Below are positions 19,761 to 28,966 of a DNA stretch of 64,000 bases, piece after piece. The position numbers and the translations under genes are program-made. The first letter of the stretch is position 1. Every line of letters starts with the position of its first letter. The stretch is from a virus (Duplodnaviria; Caudoviricetes), in IMG/VR virus record IMGVR_UViG_3300049472_000168, positions 32,001 to 96,000 of that record; one strand, 5' to 3'. Under the pieces are notes generated by a model. That model had not been told where the DNA came from. It saw only the letters and a program-made list of their open reading frames with translations, and did no database searches.

Positions 19761-20327
19761 ATGGGTATTATTTATGGGTTATTGGACCCCCGGACCAAGG
19801 AACTCCGATATGTAGGGAAGACAGAAGGAACTCTCAAAAAGAGACTCCGGGAACATCTTTCTAGGGCCCGACATGGGTCTAGGAGGGGTCACGTTTATGC
19901 GTGGCTTCGGGCTATCGATCTGAATCCACTTACAGAGATTTTAGAAGAAAATCTGAGCGGAGGAGATCTTGATGACGCCGAAAAATTTTGGATTTCATCC
20001 GCCCTTTCTTCTGGAGCCAAGCTGGTCAACCACACCTTTGGAGGAGAGGGTTGCAAGGGATATAAACACACTGAAGAGACAAGAAAAAAGATGTCCGGAA
20101 GCAAGGCAGGTAAGTTGAGAGGACCTAGATATGATATTCGTAAATTGACTGACAGTGAGGTCCAAAAAGTGGTCTCTTTGTATTCCGAAGGAAAAAGCAG
20201 CAGGGCAATAGCGGAGATTTTAGGCAATTTTAGCCAAACTGGAATCAGAAAAGTTCTCGCCAGAGAAGGAGTTCAGCTCCGTAAGGCAGTTGTCGGACGG
20301 TGGTTAACTGAGAAGGGGTCGAAATAA
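19761..20327 (+). CDS. GIY-YIG homing endonuclease with NUMOD3 and HTH
   Basis: IYGL...YVGKT...KRLREH, EKFWI, N-x-T-x-GGEG, HTEETRKKMS. Confidence 0.85.
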   Translation: MGIIYGLLDPRTKELRYVGKTEGTLKKRLREHLSRARHGSRRGHVYAWLRAIDLNPLTEILEENLSGGDLDDAEKFWISSALSSGAKLVNHTFGGEGCKGYKHTEETRKKMSGSKAGKLRGPRYDIRKLTDSEVQKVVSLYSEGKSSRAIAEILGNFSQTGIRKVLAREGVQLRKAVVGRWLTEKGSK

Positions 20328-23300
20328 TGGATATTAAAAGCATTAAATCCAGGACCGGAATGATAATCGACGGTGTTGCTGCGTCGCAGTGTATTGATAG
20401 TTCTGGAGAAATCCTAGATATCGAAGGAGTAGACTGCGCTCAAATGGAGGAGGCGGGCGGAATTCTCTTGAACTGGGAACACAAGGACGGGAGCGAAGGT
20501 GCCGATACCATTGTAGGTAAGGTGACTTATCTCAAGAAGATTCTGTCGGCTTCGGACTGTGAAAACGACCGTCAGCGGATGTACTGGGATAAGATAAAGC
20601 AAAATCCGTTTATTTACGTTACCTGTAGGCTGTTTGATGGTAGCGGTCATAAGAAGGCTGAAGCTATTGCAGCTATCATCAGAGACAATGTAGCCCACGA
20701 TGAGCCTCTGGCTTGTAGATTTTCCATTGAAGGTTCTACCACCTCTAAGGAGGGAAACACCTTAAAGGCCTCTATTTTCAAGAGACTCGCCATAACACTT
20801 GCTCCTTGTAATAAGACCGCAATATCTGGCCTTCTGAAGGACAATGCTATTGATACTCAAAAAAGTGAAGACCAGTTTGTCAACCCCGAATTCCGTCGTC
20901 TTGGCGGCTCAGTAGAACTGAATTACAATCCCGTTGTTGATTCTCAGACGGAGGCCTCGCTGCGTCTGATTTCGGCGGCAACTGCGATCAGGACTCTGAG
21001 GAAAGCAATATCCCCGATTAAAGATAAAGTCAAGTGTCCAAGTTGTGAGGATGGGGAGTCTTTCCACTATGTGTCTAGAATTGGGTTTGATGCCAAGAAA
21101 GGATACACACCTCCTAAGAAGCCTCTGTATATGTGTGATTCTTGTGGAGACATCCACGAAGATCCCGACATCAAAAAGGCTATCGAAGCCGGTAGTCTTG
21201 ACGGTGCCCCAAGCTCTAGGACCCAGGGAGCCGCGCTCCAACGTGAGGATGCGAGAAATACAGCTAAAGCCGTTCTCAGGGACTATGGTTGGGGACGGAA
21301 TTTTAAGAGGTCTGAATTCAGGGCGTTCTCCAAAGCCAAGCTACCAGAGATGTCTGATGACTTCCTGGACCACTTCACAGATATCGCAGAATCCTATGCG
21401 GTGAAGAAGGCTCTGCAAAAGGCTTCTTCTTTGATCAAAAAGGATACCTCTGAGGTAGAATCTGTCCAGGCTCCAGAGGCTGTCCCTGTAGAAGCCAAAC
21501 CGAAGTCTCCTAAACCTGCTGGTACCTTCAGAGGTAAAAAACTGAAGCCTAATGAAGGCCTGATATCTTCTAGCTTCGACGAAAAGAAGGGTGTCCTGAG
21601 AACCCCTATAGGGAATTTTAAGGCCTATCTCCCGAGTCATGACGGTCCCGAGGCTGCTGAGAACTACCAGAAGATCTTGAGCCATCCCGATATCGAGGAT
21701 GCCATGGATCACGCCATGACGAACTGGAGCAAGGTCCACAAGCTGACCAAGGCCGGAAAGCTGCCTCCGGAAGTCTTGATGCACGCCGTTCTTTTTGCTC
21801 AGCTTAGTCCAAACAAGCCGGTTCCAACTCAAGAGATCCAATACGCCAGACTCGTCGATGCCATGAACCAGTCTGGATTGGACCCGAGAAAGCCCGGATT
21901 CGAGGCAATCCTCCCCCACATCAAAGCCCTGGATTCCGCAACGGTTCCTCCTGTTACTGGAGGCCAAACCATTGCAACCCATCCGGCGTATAGACAGAGA
22001 AATGACTCAGATGTTACAGGTCGTAAGGCCGGAGATCTTCTGTCTACCAGTCCTTTGCTATCCGATGGCGTCAAAAATATGTCGCAATACTACAAGCTCC
22101 ATGACGGCCTACTAGATGTGATGTCGAGGCATCGTCACAACATGATGGGCGCCGTTTCCGAACTGATGGATGCCAAAACGGCCAAAACCAATTTTGACAA
22201 CGTCAATAGAGCAAGAGCCAAAGCAGGACTTCCTCCGAAGGAAGGCAACCCTGTATCGATTCCCGGAATCAAAGTCGAAACAGGCCTCTACACCTGGGGT
22301 ATGTTGGGCGGCGGAAATTCAGTAGTCCCAGACACACATTTTATCAGGAATGCCTTCGGTCTCGATATGCATAAGGATTCCGATACCTTATCTAGATTGA
22401 AAGATATCATGTGGTCCCCGACCAACATGCAGAGCATTATGGGTCCGTATAATCGCTGGTACCAGAAGAATCATCCCGCGATGAAATATACCCTGGAGCA
22501 TCCGAAGTGGGGCTCCATCTTCGAGAAACCCGAGGATGCCACGTTCCCGGCATTCTGGCGTCATTGGTTGACAATCAGGCCTCATGAAAAGTTCTTGGGG
22601 ATGCCAAATCTTGCCATGCAGGAAGGTACCAACCATGCTCCGTTCTGGGAGTCGATTGCACCTATGTTAAATAAGGCAGACATCCATGATTCCACAGTCC
22701 CCTACAGGACAGCCATGGTCCATCAGCAATATGTCAAGGATTTTGGTGAGATCCCTGCAATGTTTCTCTACTACCACCACTTGGTTCCTCATCTTCTCGA
22801 TGCCGCCAGACATCGGGAATCGACAGGGCGAGACCTCCAGTTCCTGGCTAAGTCTAGACAGATTGAAGCCGAATTAATTGAACTAAGAAAGACTGTAGAT
22901 TCAGTCATTTCAGGTTATGCCTTCGAGCCTCCAGAGGTCCACGAAGTCAATCTCAGTATCGGTGGACGCCGTCACCCTGCGGGTCGTTTCATGATTCATA
23001 ACGGCAGACTCCATCACCTGGAGGACTACCACGGCGTCCTGGATGCAATGATTCCTGAGGGCGATGTCGATACCACTACGATCAGCAGATTGCATGGTAT
23101 TAAATGGAGTCCTAACTTCAGGGTCCAGAGACACTACCACGAGGATCCAGCAGAACCCGAACAGATTCCAGTTGAGGTCAAACCGCAACCACTGCCTCAG
23201 AGGCCCCCTGTATTTGAATACCACAGACCAGGGATGGCTAGACCTCATACCGTTGAGTTCAGCAACGGCAAGGCAGCTTTGGATGGCAGAGAACTGTCCG

Positions 23301-24049
23301 ATGCCGAGACCAAACTGCTCCTCAGCAATGCTGATAAAGGTCTCGCTACTCTTCGATATAAGTCGCAGCCTACACCTCTCAATAAGACAGAAGAAGACCT
23401 AGATCCAGAAGGTGCTCTACAACATATCCGAAATGCTGTAGCTGCCGGTCATATCCATCCCGATGTCGAAAGGGCTCTGACCCGTCACATCTACGAAGAC
23501 AAAATGACTCCCGGATTAGGCAATAAATATGCTTATCAGCAATTCAGAGCCAAGAATAAGCCAGGAGTCTACATCAGTGCAGATAGCAACGACTTCAAGG
23601 CAATTAATGATACCTATGGTCACGATGCCGGAGACCAAGCCATCATGGGTGTCGGTAACGCTCTTAGATCTGCTGCCGAAAAGGTAGGTACCGTGAAACT
23701 CTTCAGGCCGGGAGGCGACGAATTCGTAATTCATGCCCCTAGTTATGAAGAGGCCTCAAAATTCATGAGACATGCCACGAAGCATCTGGACCAGGTTCCC
23801 GCTGTTGGTGGTGTCCATAAACACTCGATGAGTTTCGGTCTAGGCAACGACTTCGCCACTGCTGATAAGGCCCTGTATCATGCCAAGGAACAGAAGAAAG
23901 ATCCTACCACTGGTGGTAGAATGTTTCCCGTAGGAAAGACCCCACACATGGCCCATTCCTTGGTTCCTGATAACGCAGGAGCTATCAAGCTCCACGACGA
24001 GTCGCCTCCGGTTCAGACCCTACCTAAGCAGGCAGCGGCTCCGGTTTAG
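20327..24049 (+). CDS. prohead protease polyprotein: HK97-type protease + Zn ribbon + MCP N-arm copy + HhH-GPD-like domain + GGDEF domain
   Basis: LNWEH and RFSIEG protease motifs; VVPDTHFIR; DFKAINDTYGHDAGD...RPGGDEF...ADKALYHAK. Confidence 0.85.
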   Translation: MDIKSIKSRTGMIIDGVAASQCIDSSGEILDIEGVDCAQMEEAGGILLNWEHKDGSEGADTIVGKVTYLKKILSASDCENDRQRMYWDKIKQNPFIYVTCRLFDGSGHKKAEAIAAIIRDNVAHDEPLACRFSIEGSTTSKEGNTLKASIFKRLAITLAPCNKTAISGLLKDNAIDTQKSEDQFVNPEFRRLGGSVELNYNPVVDSQTEASLRLISAATAIRTLRKAISPIKDKVKCPSCEDGESFHYVSRIGFDAKKGYTPPKKPLYMCDSCGDIHEDPDIKKAIEAGSLDGAPSSRTQGAALQREDARNTAKAVLRDYGWGRNFKRSEFRAFSKAKLPEMSDDFLDHFTDIAESYAVKKALQKASSLIKKDTSEVESVQAPEAVPVEAKPKSPKPAGTFRGKKLKPNEGLISSSFDEKKGVLRTPIGNFKAYLPSHDGPEAAENYQKILSHPDIEDAMDHAMTNWSKVHKLTKAGKLPPEVLMHAVLFAQLSPNKPVPTQEIQYARLVDAMNQSGLDPRKPGFEAILPHIKALDSATVPPVTGGQTIATHPAYRQRNDSDVTGRKAGDLLSTSPLLSDGVKNMSQYYKLHDGLLDVMSRHRHNMMGAVSELMDAKTAKTNFDNVNRARAKAGLPPKEGNPVSIPGIKVETGLYTWGMLGGGNSVVPDTHFIRNAFGLDMHKDSDTLSRLKDIMWSPTNMQSIMGPYNRWYQKNHPAMKYTLEHPKWGSIFEKPEDATFPAFWRHWLTIRPHEKFLGMPNLAMQEGTNHAPFWESIAPMLNKADIHDSTVPYRTAMVHQQYVKDFGEIPAMFLYYHHLVPHLLDAARHRESTGRDLQFLAKSRQIEAELIELRKTVDSVISGYAFEPPEVHEVNLSIGGRRHPAGRFMIHNGRLHHLEDYHGVLDAMIPEGDVDTTTISRLHGIKWSPNFRVQRHYHEDPAEPEQIPVEVKPQPLPQRPPVFEYHRPGMARPHTVEFSNGKAALDGRELSDAETKLLLSNADKGLATLRYKSQPTPLNKTEEDLDPEGALQHIRNAVAAGHIHPDVERALTRHIYEDKMTPGLGNKYAYQQFRAKNKPGVYISADSNDFKAINDTYGHDAGDQAIMGVGNALRSAAEKVGTVKLFRPGGDEFVIHAPSYEEASKFMRHATKHLDQVPAVGGVHKHSMSFGLGNDFATADKALYHAKEQKKDPTTGGRMFPVGKTPHMAHSLVPDNAGAIKLHDESPPVQTLPKQAAAPV

Positions 24050-24303
24050 ATATCATAGATCTGATCATCCATCAAAATCTGGGAGAATTTATCTTCCAGA
24101 AATCCAATTAGTTTCTCTCCATCTCCTCCAAGTTTTTCGAGGAGGTCTGAAATCTGTCGGTCTGTGTATCCATGCTTTCGAGCAGGTCTGAAGAGTTCCT
24201 GTCTAACATTATTCAATGCAGACACATAGCTAGCTGCATTGCAACAGGCTTTGAATTCTTCGTTTTCTTCAGGCAGGTTGAATTCTAGTGTAACTTTAGG
24301 CAT
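24046..24303 (-). CDS. hypothetical protein
   Basis: MPKVTLEFNLPEE start with purine-rich SD. Confidence 0.6.
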   Translation of the reverse strand: MPKVTLEFNLPEENEEFKACCNAASYVSALNNVRQELFRPARKHGYTDRQISDLLEKLGGDGEKLIGFLEDKFSQILMDDQIYDI

Positions 24304-24641
24304 TTGGTCCCCTTTTGGCAATTTTTACAGGTCCTAGACCTGCCATAAAATTTGAGGTAGAGAGGCAGGACCTCTCCGCATTTCAAGCATTGTCGCAGTC
24401 CGCTGGCCTCATTACAGGCCTTGCAGCTCAGGTTAACATCTAGCTCCCTAGATTTCAAGCAGCAGGCGCATTTAGTCAAATATTTTGATTCGTAGTAGGC
24501 CTCAGATCTACAGGCTTTACATCTAGAGGTTACAGGTCTGGTCCTGTCCTGTCCTCTGAACTCGTGAAATCTAGATCTAGGCAGTACTGATCCACATCCT
24601 GCACATTTGTAGTCATCCATATCTACAAGATTGTTGGTCAT
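24285..24641 (-). CDS. multi-zinc-finger protein
   Basis: six CxxC motifs; no nuclease motif seen. Confidence 0.65.
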   Translation of the reverse strand: MTNNLVDMDDYKCAGCGSVLPRSRFHEFRGQDRTRPVTSRCKACRSEAYYESKYLTKCACCLKSRELDVNLSCKACNEASGLRQCLKCGEVLPLYLKFYGRSRTCKNCQKGTKCLKLH

Positions 24642-24733
24642 TTTTTGTCTCGAATTAATAACAATCTCTTGTATTAACCAAAAAAGCTCTAAACGTTGGG
24701 GCTTTTTGAATTTAACTCAAGGAGATTTTAGAT

Positions 24734-25210
24734 ATGGCTACTACTTACAAAGCTATCGCCGCAATGCGTGAGCTGGTCGATTCGATCAAACTTCAGGTTG
24801 CTGCTACGTTGCCTGTTGTCGTTGAATCCAATGATGCAAACGGCCACCCCGTTGTGACGCTGAGCGCAGATGCGACGCCTATTGCTGGTGAAAAGGTCAT
24901 TGTTATCCGTATGAAGCCGATTGGCGCCATCGGTGCTCAGAACATCATCGGTCAGACTGCGGAACAGTTCAGCCATCATGTTATCCAGGTCTGCACGGAA
25001 AAGAACTTTGAAGGTGCCACGGATAACGTCAATGATATCCTTAGCCCAGCGGAATTGCTCCCGGTCCTGATTGAGTGTGGCCGTCGTGGTTCGTTCGTTG
25101 AGTGGTACCGTACGGCTAACACCACGGTTCCTTCGACCTCGGCCATGGTTGAAGCAAATCTGGCCTCGACATGGCGTAACCTCTACTGGAACGTTTTGGC
25201 TGCTGGCTAA
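24734..25210 (+). CDS. probable abundant head structural/decoration protein
   Basis: AAGGAG SD, AATCTC motif at 24663, codon style like the MCP, first gene of the scaffold-MCP unit. Confidence 0.6.
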   Translation: MATTYKAIAAMRELVDSIKLQVAATLPVVVESNDANGHPVVTLSADATPIAGEKVIVIRMKPIGAIGAQNIIGQTAEQFSHHVIQVCTEKNFEGATDNVNDILSPAELLPVLIECGRRGSFVEWYRTANTTVPSTSAMVEANLASTWRNLYWNVLAAG

Positions 25211-25240
25211 TTTTTGACCCAATTGACTTAGGAGGTCAAA

Positions 25241-26125
25241 ATGAAGTTGAACAAAACTCAAATGGATCAGTTGCTGGCTCAGGTAACTGATGATATTGCC
25301 GAACTGCTGAAGTCGGAAGACCTCAGCAAGGCGGACCCCGGTGAGCAGGCTCCTGCGGAGGAAACTCCGGAAGGCAGCTCTGCTGAGCCTCAGGCTCCGG
25401 GTCCCGAGGCGTCGGCCTCGCCCGAAGACGACGGTCAGATTCCTCCTGGTTCTCCTGAAGGACCCGAGGCTTCTCCCGAAGGCCAAGATGCACCCCAAGA
25501 CCCGAGTACGGAACAACAGGTAACTCCTGAAGTTCTCCAGGCCGAATACGCCAAGCTCGATGTTGAGGAACTCAAGATGCACTTCCTGGCTGCTAAGGCA
25601 GCTTTGGCTCAGGCTCTTGGTGGTCAAGATCCTGAGCAAGGCCAAGCTCCTGCTCCTGGTCCCGAGGCATCGGCCCCGGCTCCCGGTCCGGAAGCTTCTG
25701 CTGGCCCCCCGCAAGGGGACCCAATGATGGGCAAGAAGGAGTTCGGTGGTGAAGGTAACGGAGGCAAAATCTCCAAAGCCGAATCCATCGAGCGAGATCT
25801 AAAGGAGCTGAAGAAATCACTTACTGACAAGGACCTCACCATCGCAACGATGGAGGAACAGCTCGGTAAATTGGTGGAAGGGTTCCAGAAGATCTTGACC
25901 CAGCCCATGCGTAAGGCGGTGACATCGGTACAATCGATGCAGTTCGTCGGTAAGCCTGGTTCTGAGACCAATCCTATCCAAGGATTGTCGAAGGCCGAAA
26001 TCATTCAGAAACTCAACGAGGCTACACGCTCGGACACTTTGACGAAGTCTGATAGGGATCTCATCAATAAGTTCGTGGTCTCGGGTAACGTGCCGGTAGA
26101 AGCCGTCGCGAAATTTTGCAAGTAA
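25241..26125 (+). CDS. scaffolding protein
   Basis: upstream of MCP; acidic P/E-rich with coiled coil; PGPEASA repeats; about seven xxK[SA] motifs. Confidence 0.75.
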   Translation: MKLNKTQMDQLLAQVTDDIAELLKSEDLSKADPGEQAPAEETPEGSSAEPQAPGPEASASPEDDGQIPPGSPEGPEASPEGQDAPQDPSTEQQVTPEVLQAEYAKLDVEELKMHFLAAKAALAQALGGQDPEQGQAPAPGPEASAPAPGPEASAGPPQGDPMMGKKEFGGEGNGGKISKAESIERDLKELKKSLTDKDLTIATMEEQLGKLVEGFQKILTQPMRKAVTSVQSMQFVGKPGSETNPIQGLSKAEIIQKLNEATRSDTLTKSDRDLINKFVVSGNVPVEAVAKFCK

Positions 26126-26146
26126 TTTTAGGAGAAAGTAATTAAA

Positions 26147-27544
26147 ATGTCAACACTAGATTCGGTTCAGGCTCTTATTAAAGCATTGGAGGCAGGCAGC
26201 TATGATGCCGCTCCCGGTACGCTGACTCAAGGCTCAGCTCTTCAGATCGAGGATCTCAGCTCGGTGATGAATAACGTCACCTTCGAGAATTCTCACATCA
26301 AGCTCCAAAAGCTGGTGTCTGTGGAGTCCTGCAAGTCTACGACTGCCCAATTCACTCGTCAGTTGTCGTACGGCATCACTGGTGGTTCCGCACAGCTTGA
26401 GGGCAACATCGGTCAGGAAGAGACTTCGGATTACGTCCGTTGTACTGTTCCGATGTCGTTCTACAGCCACGCTCGTAGAGTCACGGTGGCATCGACGATG
26501 GTCGCAACGGTGGACGGCAAGAAGTCGGATGAGCGGGCTGCTGCTGACGCTGCCCTGAAGCTGGCTGCTGATATCGAGAATGATATCTTCCGTGGCCTCG
26601 ACGACTACTCTAATGCTGGCGTCTTCGATGGCAATCCGATGATTGTTCCTTCGATGCCGAATATCCATGGCCTCGGCCTCCAGGTCCGTCAGTCGGACTT
26701 CCAGGTCAACGCACGGGATCGCATGTTCGCTGAATACGGCTCTGATGAGTCCGTGGTTCTCAGCGGCGGTGGTGTTGCTCTGACGCAGGACAAGATCGAG
26801 GACGGCGCTCTGCGCTCGGCCCTGAACTTTGGTAATGCCGAAAAGCTCATCGTGGATCCGGTCGTGTTGGCTGCGTACAACAAGATCACGTTCGGCAAAG
26901 AGCGTATCGTGTTGGCTGGTTCGGCACAGGATGCAACTGGTGGCACCCTGCGTAAGCAGTGGGTCAGCGGTGGCACCGTGACGCTTGAGGCCTCGCAGTT
27001 CTTGCGAGGCAAGTACAAGCCCGCCCCAGCTCGCCCCAATGGTCCTGGCGCCCCGACAATCGCTGCTGCCAACGCTGTTGGTGGTGCGCTTCCTGCTGGT
27101 GTATATACCTACTACGTCTCAGCCTTCAACGAGGTTGGTGAGTCGGTGGGTTCGCCCAGCGGTTCGGCAACGGCATCGCTGAACGACAAGATCACGCTGA
27201 CGATTACGCACAGCGGTTCTGGCACCACGGCTCGTGGCTTCAATGTCTATCGCTCGGCAGCGGGTGGTACGGCGGCATCGGCCAAGTTCATTGGTCGCTG
27301 CGCCATTACGCCGAACTCGGCTACCACGTTGTTCGTCGATCTTGGCAACAAGACCCCGGCATTCAGCACTGGCTACTTCGTCCAGCCCGATACGATGGAG
27401 TTCCGAGAACTCGCACCGTACAGCCGGATCAAGTTGGCAACGACTGACCTCAGCACCCCTGAAGGTCACTTCCGGTTCACCTGCTTGGCTGTGACCCAGC
27501 CCCGCAAGAACGTCTTGATCGATAACCTCAAAGGTACGATCTAA
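26147..27544 (+). CDS. major capsid protein with FN3/Ig-like insertion
   Basis: LIKA-LEAG...SALQIEDL N-arm; YTYYVSAFNEVGES..FNVYRS insertion; strong SD; followed by terminator. Confidence 0.9.
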   Translation: MSTLDSVQALIKALEAGSYDAAPGTLTQGSALQIEDLSSVMNNVTFENSHIKLQKLVSVESCKSTTAQFTRQLSYGITGGSAQLEGNIGQEETSDYVRCTVPMSFYSHARRVTVASTMVATVDGKKSDERAAADAALKLAADIENDIFRGLDDYSNAGVFDGNPMIVPSMPNIHGLGLQVRQSDFQVNARDRMFAEYGSDESVVLSGGGVALTQDKIEDGALRSALNFGNAEKLIVDPVVLAAYNKITFGKERIVLAGSAQDATGGTLRKQWVSGGTVTLEASQFLRGKYKPAPARPNGPGAPTIAAANAVGGALPAGVYTYYVSAFNEVGESVGSPSGSATASLNDKITLTITHSGSGTTARGFNVYRSAAGGTAASAKFIGRCAITPNSATTLFVDLGNKTPAFSTGYFVQPDTMEFRELAPYSRIKLATTDLSTPEGHFRFTCLAVTQPRKNVLIDNLKGTI

Positions 27545-27574
27545 TTAGCCTAGACTGAGAGGCTTCGGTCTCGG

Positions 27575-27616
27575 AACCCCGTAGTGGCTCCTCTCCACTG
27601 CGGGGTTTTTATTTTT
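27575..27616 (+). terminator. intrinsic terminator
   Basis: AACCCCGTAGTGG-loop-CCACTGCGGGGTT plus T tract; preceded by a TTCG-loop hairpin. Confidence 0.85.
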
Positions 27617-27929
27617 GCTCTACACCGGAAACCTTACTCAATCGCTCCTGCAATTCGCGGCGTTCAGCGAGCAGGGCAGGTAGGGCGTTGATTGCTAGTT
27701 TTATAAATTCCCGGTCTACTTCACATGGGTGAATGCCTTTGCCGATGGTGCTTACGCATAATATTTCAACGCCGCCGTCATACTGTAAATAAGTCTCCCC
27801 GTTGAGAATAGCCCAATCAACAGGGAGCCTTGGGACGCATTGCAGCATGTTTTCTAGCTCAGCCACAATTTCATCGATGTCATTCACGACCCCTCCGCGT
27901 CCGAAGGCTGGGTAGGGCACGAGTTGCAT
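27609..27929 (-). CDS. hypothetical protein
   Basis: ends in EFIKLAINALPALLAE, a common phage (Ead/Ea22-like) motif. Confidence 0.55.
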   Translation of the reverse strand: MQLVPYPAFGRGGVVNDIDEIVAELENMLQCVPRLPVDWAILNGETYLQYDGGVEILCVSTIGKGIHPCEVDREFIKLAINALPALLAERRELQERLSKVSGVEQK

Positions 27930-28381
27930 CGATCCTGCTCTTTGGATCTGAACTCCTCAGCCAATTGTTGCAATCTGCTAGGTGGCAGTATTTCGGGGAA
28001 CTCTCTGAATCCCGGAAGGTCCTCCATCGCCCTGAGGCCGTCATAAATTTCTCTTGAATCGATTAGATCAAATCCGGTTCGGCTCCGGAAGCTACGGATG
28101 AAGTCTAGAGATCTGCCGTTGCGAACGGCTTCCATCTCATCTGGTGTCATTTCTCCTGCGAGCCCGATGCCGATCTTTTTTCGGCGTCTTGTCTCTGCGA
28201 TAGACTCCAGGATACTGTGATCATAACATACATGATATGCTTGCTTCTGGACTTCCTCCAAAGGAGCCCAGCCTTCACCTAGAGTCTTTTCACCGATCCC
28301 ACTCTTGGTGAGCTGTGACGCAACCCAATAGACTCGCTCTGGGTCGCGATCTTCAAAATGAATTTCAATTTTGTAAGGCAT
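27884..28381 (-). CDS. MPYKIEI-domain protein with ribosomal L7/L12 CTD-like domain
   Basis: NGRSLDFIRSFRSRTGFDLIDSREIYD resembles KIxAIKxVRxxTGLGLxEAK. Confidence 0.5.
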   Translation of the reverse strand: MPYKIEIHFEDRDPERVYWVASQLTKSGIGEKTLGEGWAPLEEVQKQAYHVCYDHSILESIAETRRRKKIGIGLAGEMTPDEMEAVRNGRSLDFIRSFRSRTGFDLIDSREIYDGLRAMEDLPGFREFPEILPPSRLQQLAEEFRSKEQDRCNSCPTQPSDAEGS

Positions 28382-28383
28382 CG

Positions 28384-28602
28384 TTACTTCCCTTCTTCTT
28401 TCATTTTTGGTCTCATTGAGAGACTGTGGTCCCAACACAGAAAAGTAGCCTCCGTATGTGCTTTTTCAGCAGAGTCTGCGAAGCCTTGCCCCAGAGTCTG
28501 CGAAGCCTTGCCCCAGAGTCTTTTGGTGAGATGTGACGCAACCCAGGAGATTCGGTCTGAACCAAAAGAGTCAAAACAGATTTCAATTTTGTAAGGCATC
28601 AT
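28384..28602 (-). CDS. paralogue of the N-terminal domain of 27884-28381
   Basis: MPYKIEI..WVASxLTK..TLG.G..C.DHS shared by both. Confidence 0.6.
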   Translation of the reverse strand: MMPYKIEICFDSFGSDRISWVASHLTKRLWGKASQTLGQGFADSAEKAHTEATFLCWDHSLSMRPKMKEEGK

Positions 28603-28640
28603 TTCCTTCTTTCCTTTTATGTGTGATTTGCCATAAATAA

Positions 28641-28692
28641 ACAATATCGGATTTAATCGTAGTTGTCAAACACTAAATCTCGGAGTAATCTT
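28641..28692. promoter_or_regulatory. back-to-back sigma70 (-) and AATCTT (+) promoters
   Basis: TTGACA(28664-69)-N17-TATTGT(28641-46); AATCTT 28687-92, 7 nt before ATG 28700. Confidence 0.7.
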
Positions 28693-28699
28693 AGGCTAT

Positions 28700-28918
28700 A
28701 TGGGTATCCTCCAAGAAGATTCCAAGTTCCGAGACCTAGTCCAAGCCAATAGCCTGAAGTTAATCCAGAAGGCGATGGACGATGCCGAGGGGCTTTCTGC
28801 AGTGGCTGTAGTTTCGCTCGTTGTAGCAGCAGGCAGGGCCGTAGGAATGGCGAATCATCCCGTTGCAGCAGCGATTGAATTGTTTTGCTCCCAATACCTA
28901 AGGGGTGGTAGAATCTGA
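28700..28918 (+). CDS. hypothetical protein (leaderless, late motif)
   Basis: ATG 7 nt after AATCTT. Confidence 0.55.
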   Translation: MGILQEDSKFRDLVQANSLKLIQKAMDDAEGLSAVAVVSLVVAAGRAVGMANHPVAAAIELFCSQYLRGGRI

Positions 28919-28966
28919 AGATATTGAAGTGGACCCAAATCCAGACCCACCAGACAAAGGGAATTA

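Noticed and set aside
24728-25714. 328-aa antisense ORF and similar shadow ORFs over MCP, GroEL and UvrD
   Set aside because: Explained by codon bias of the sense genes; no motifs or expression signals
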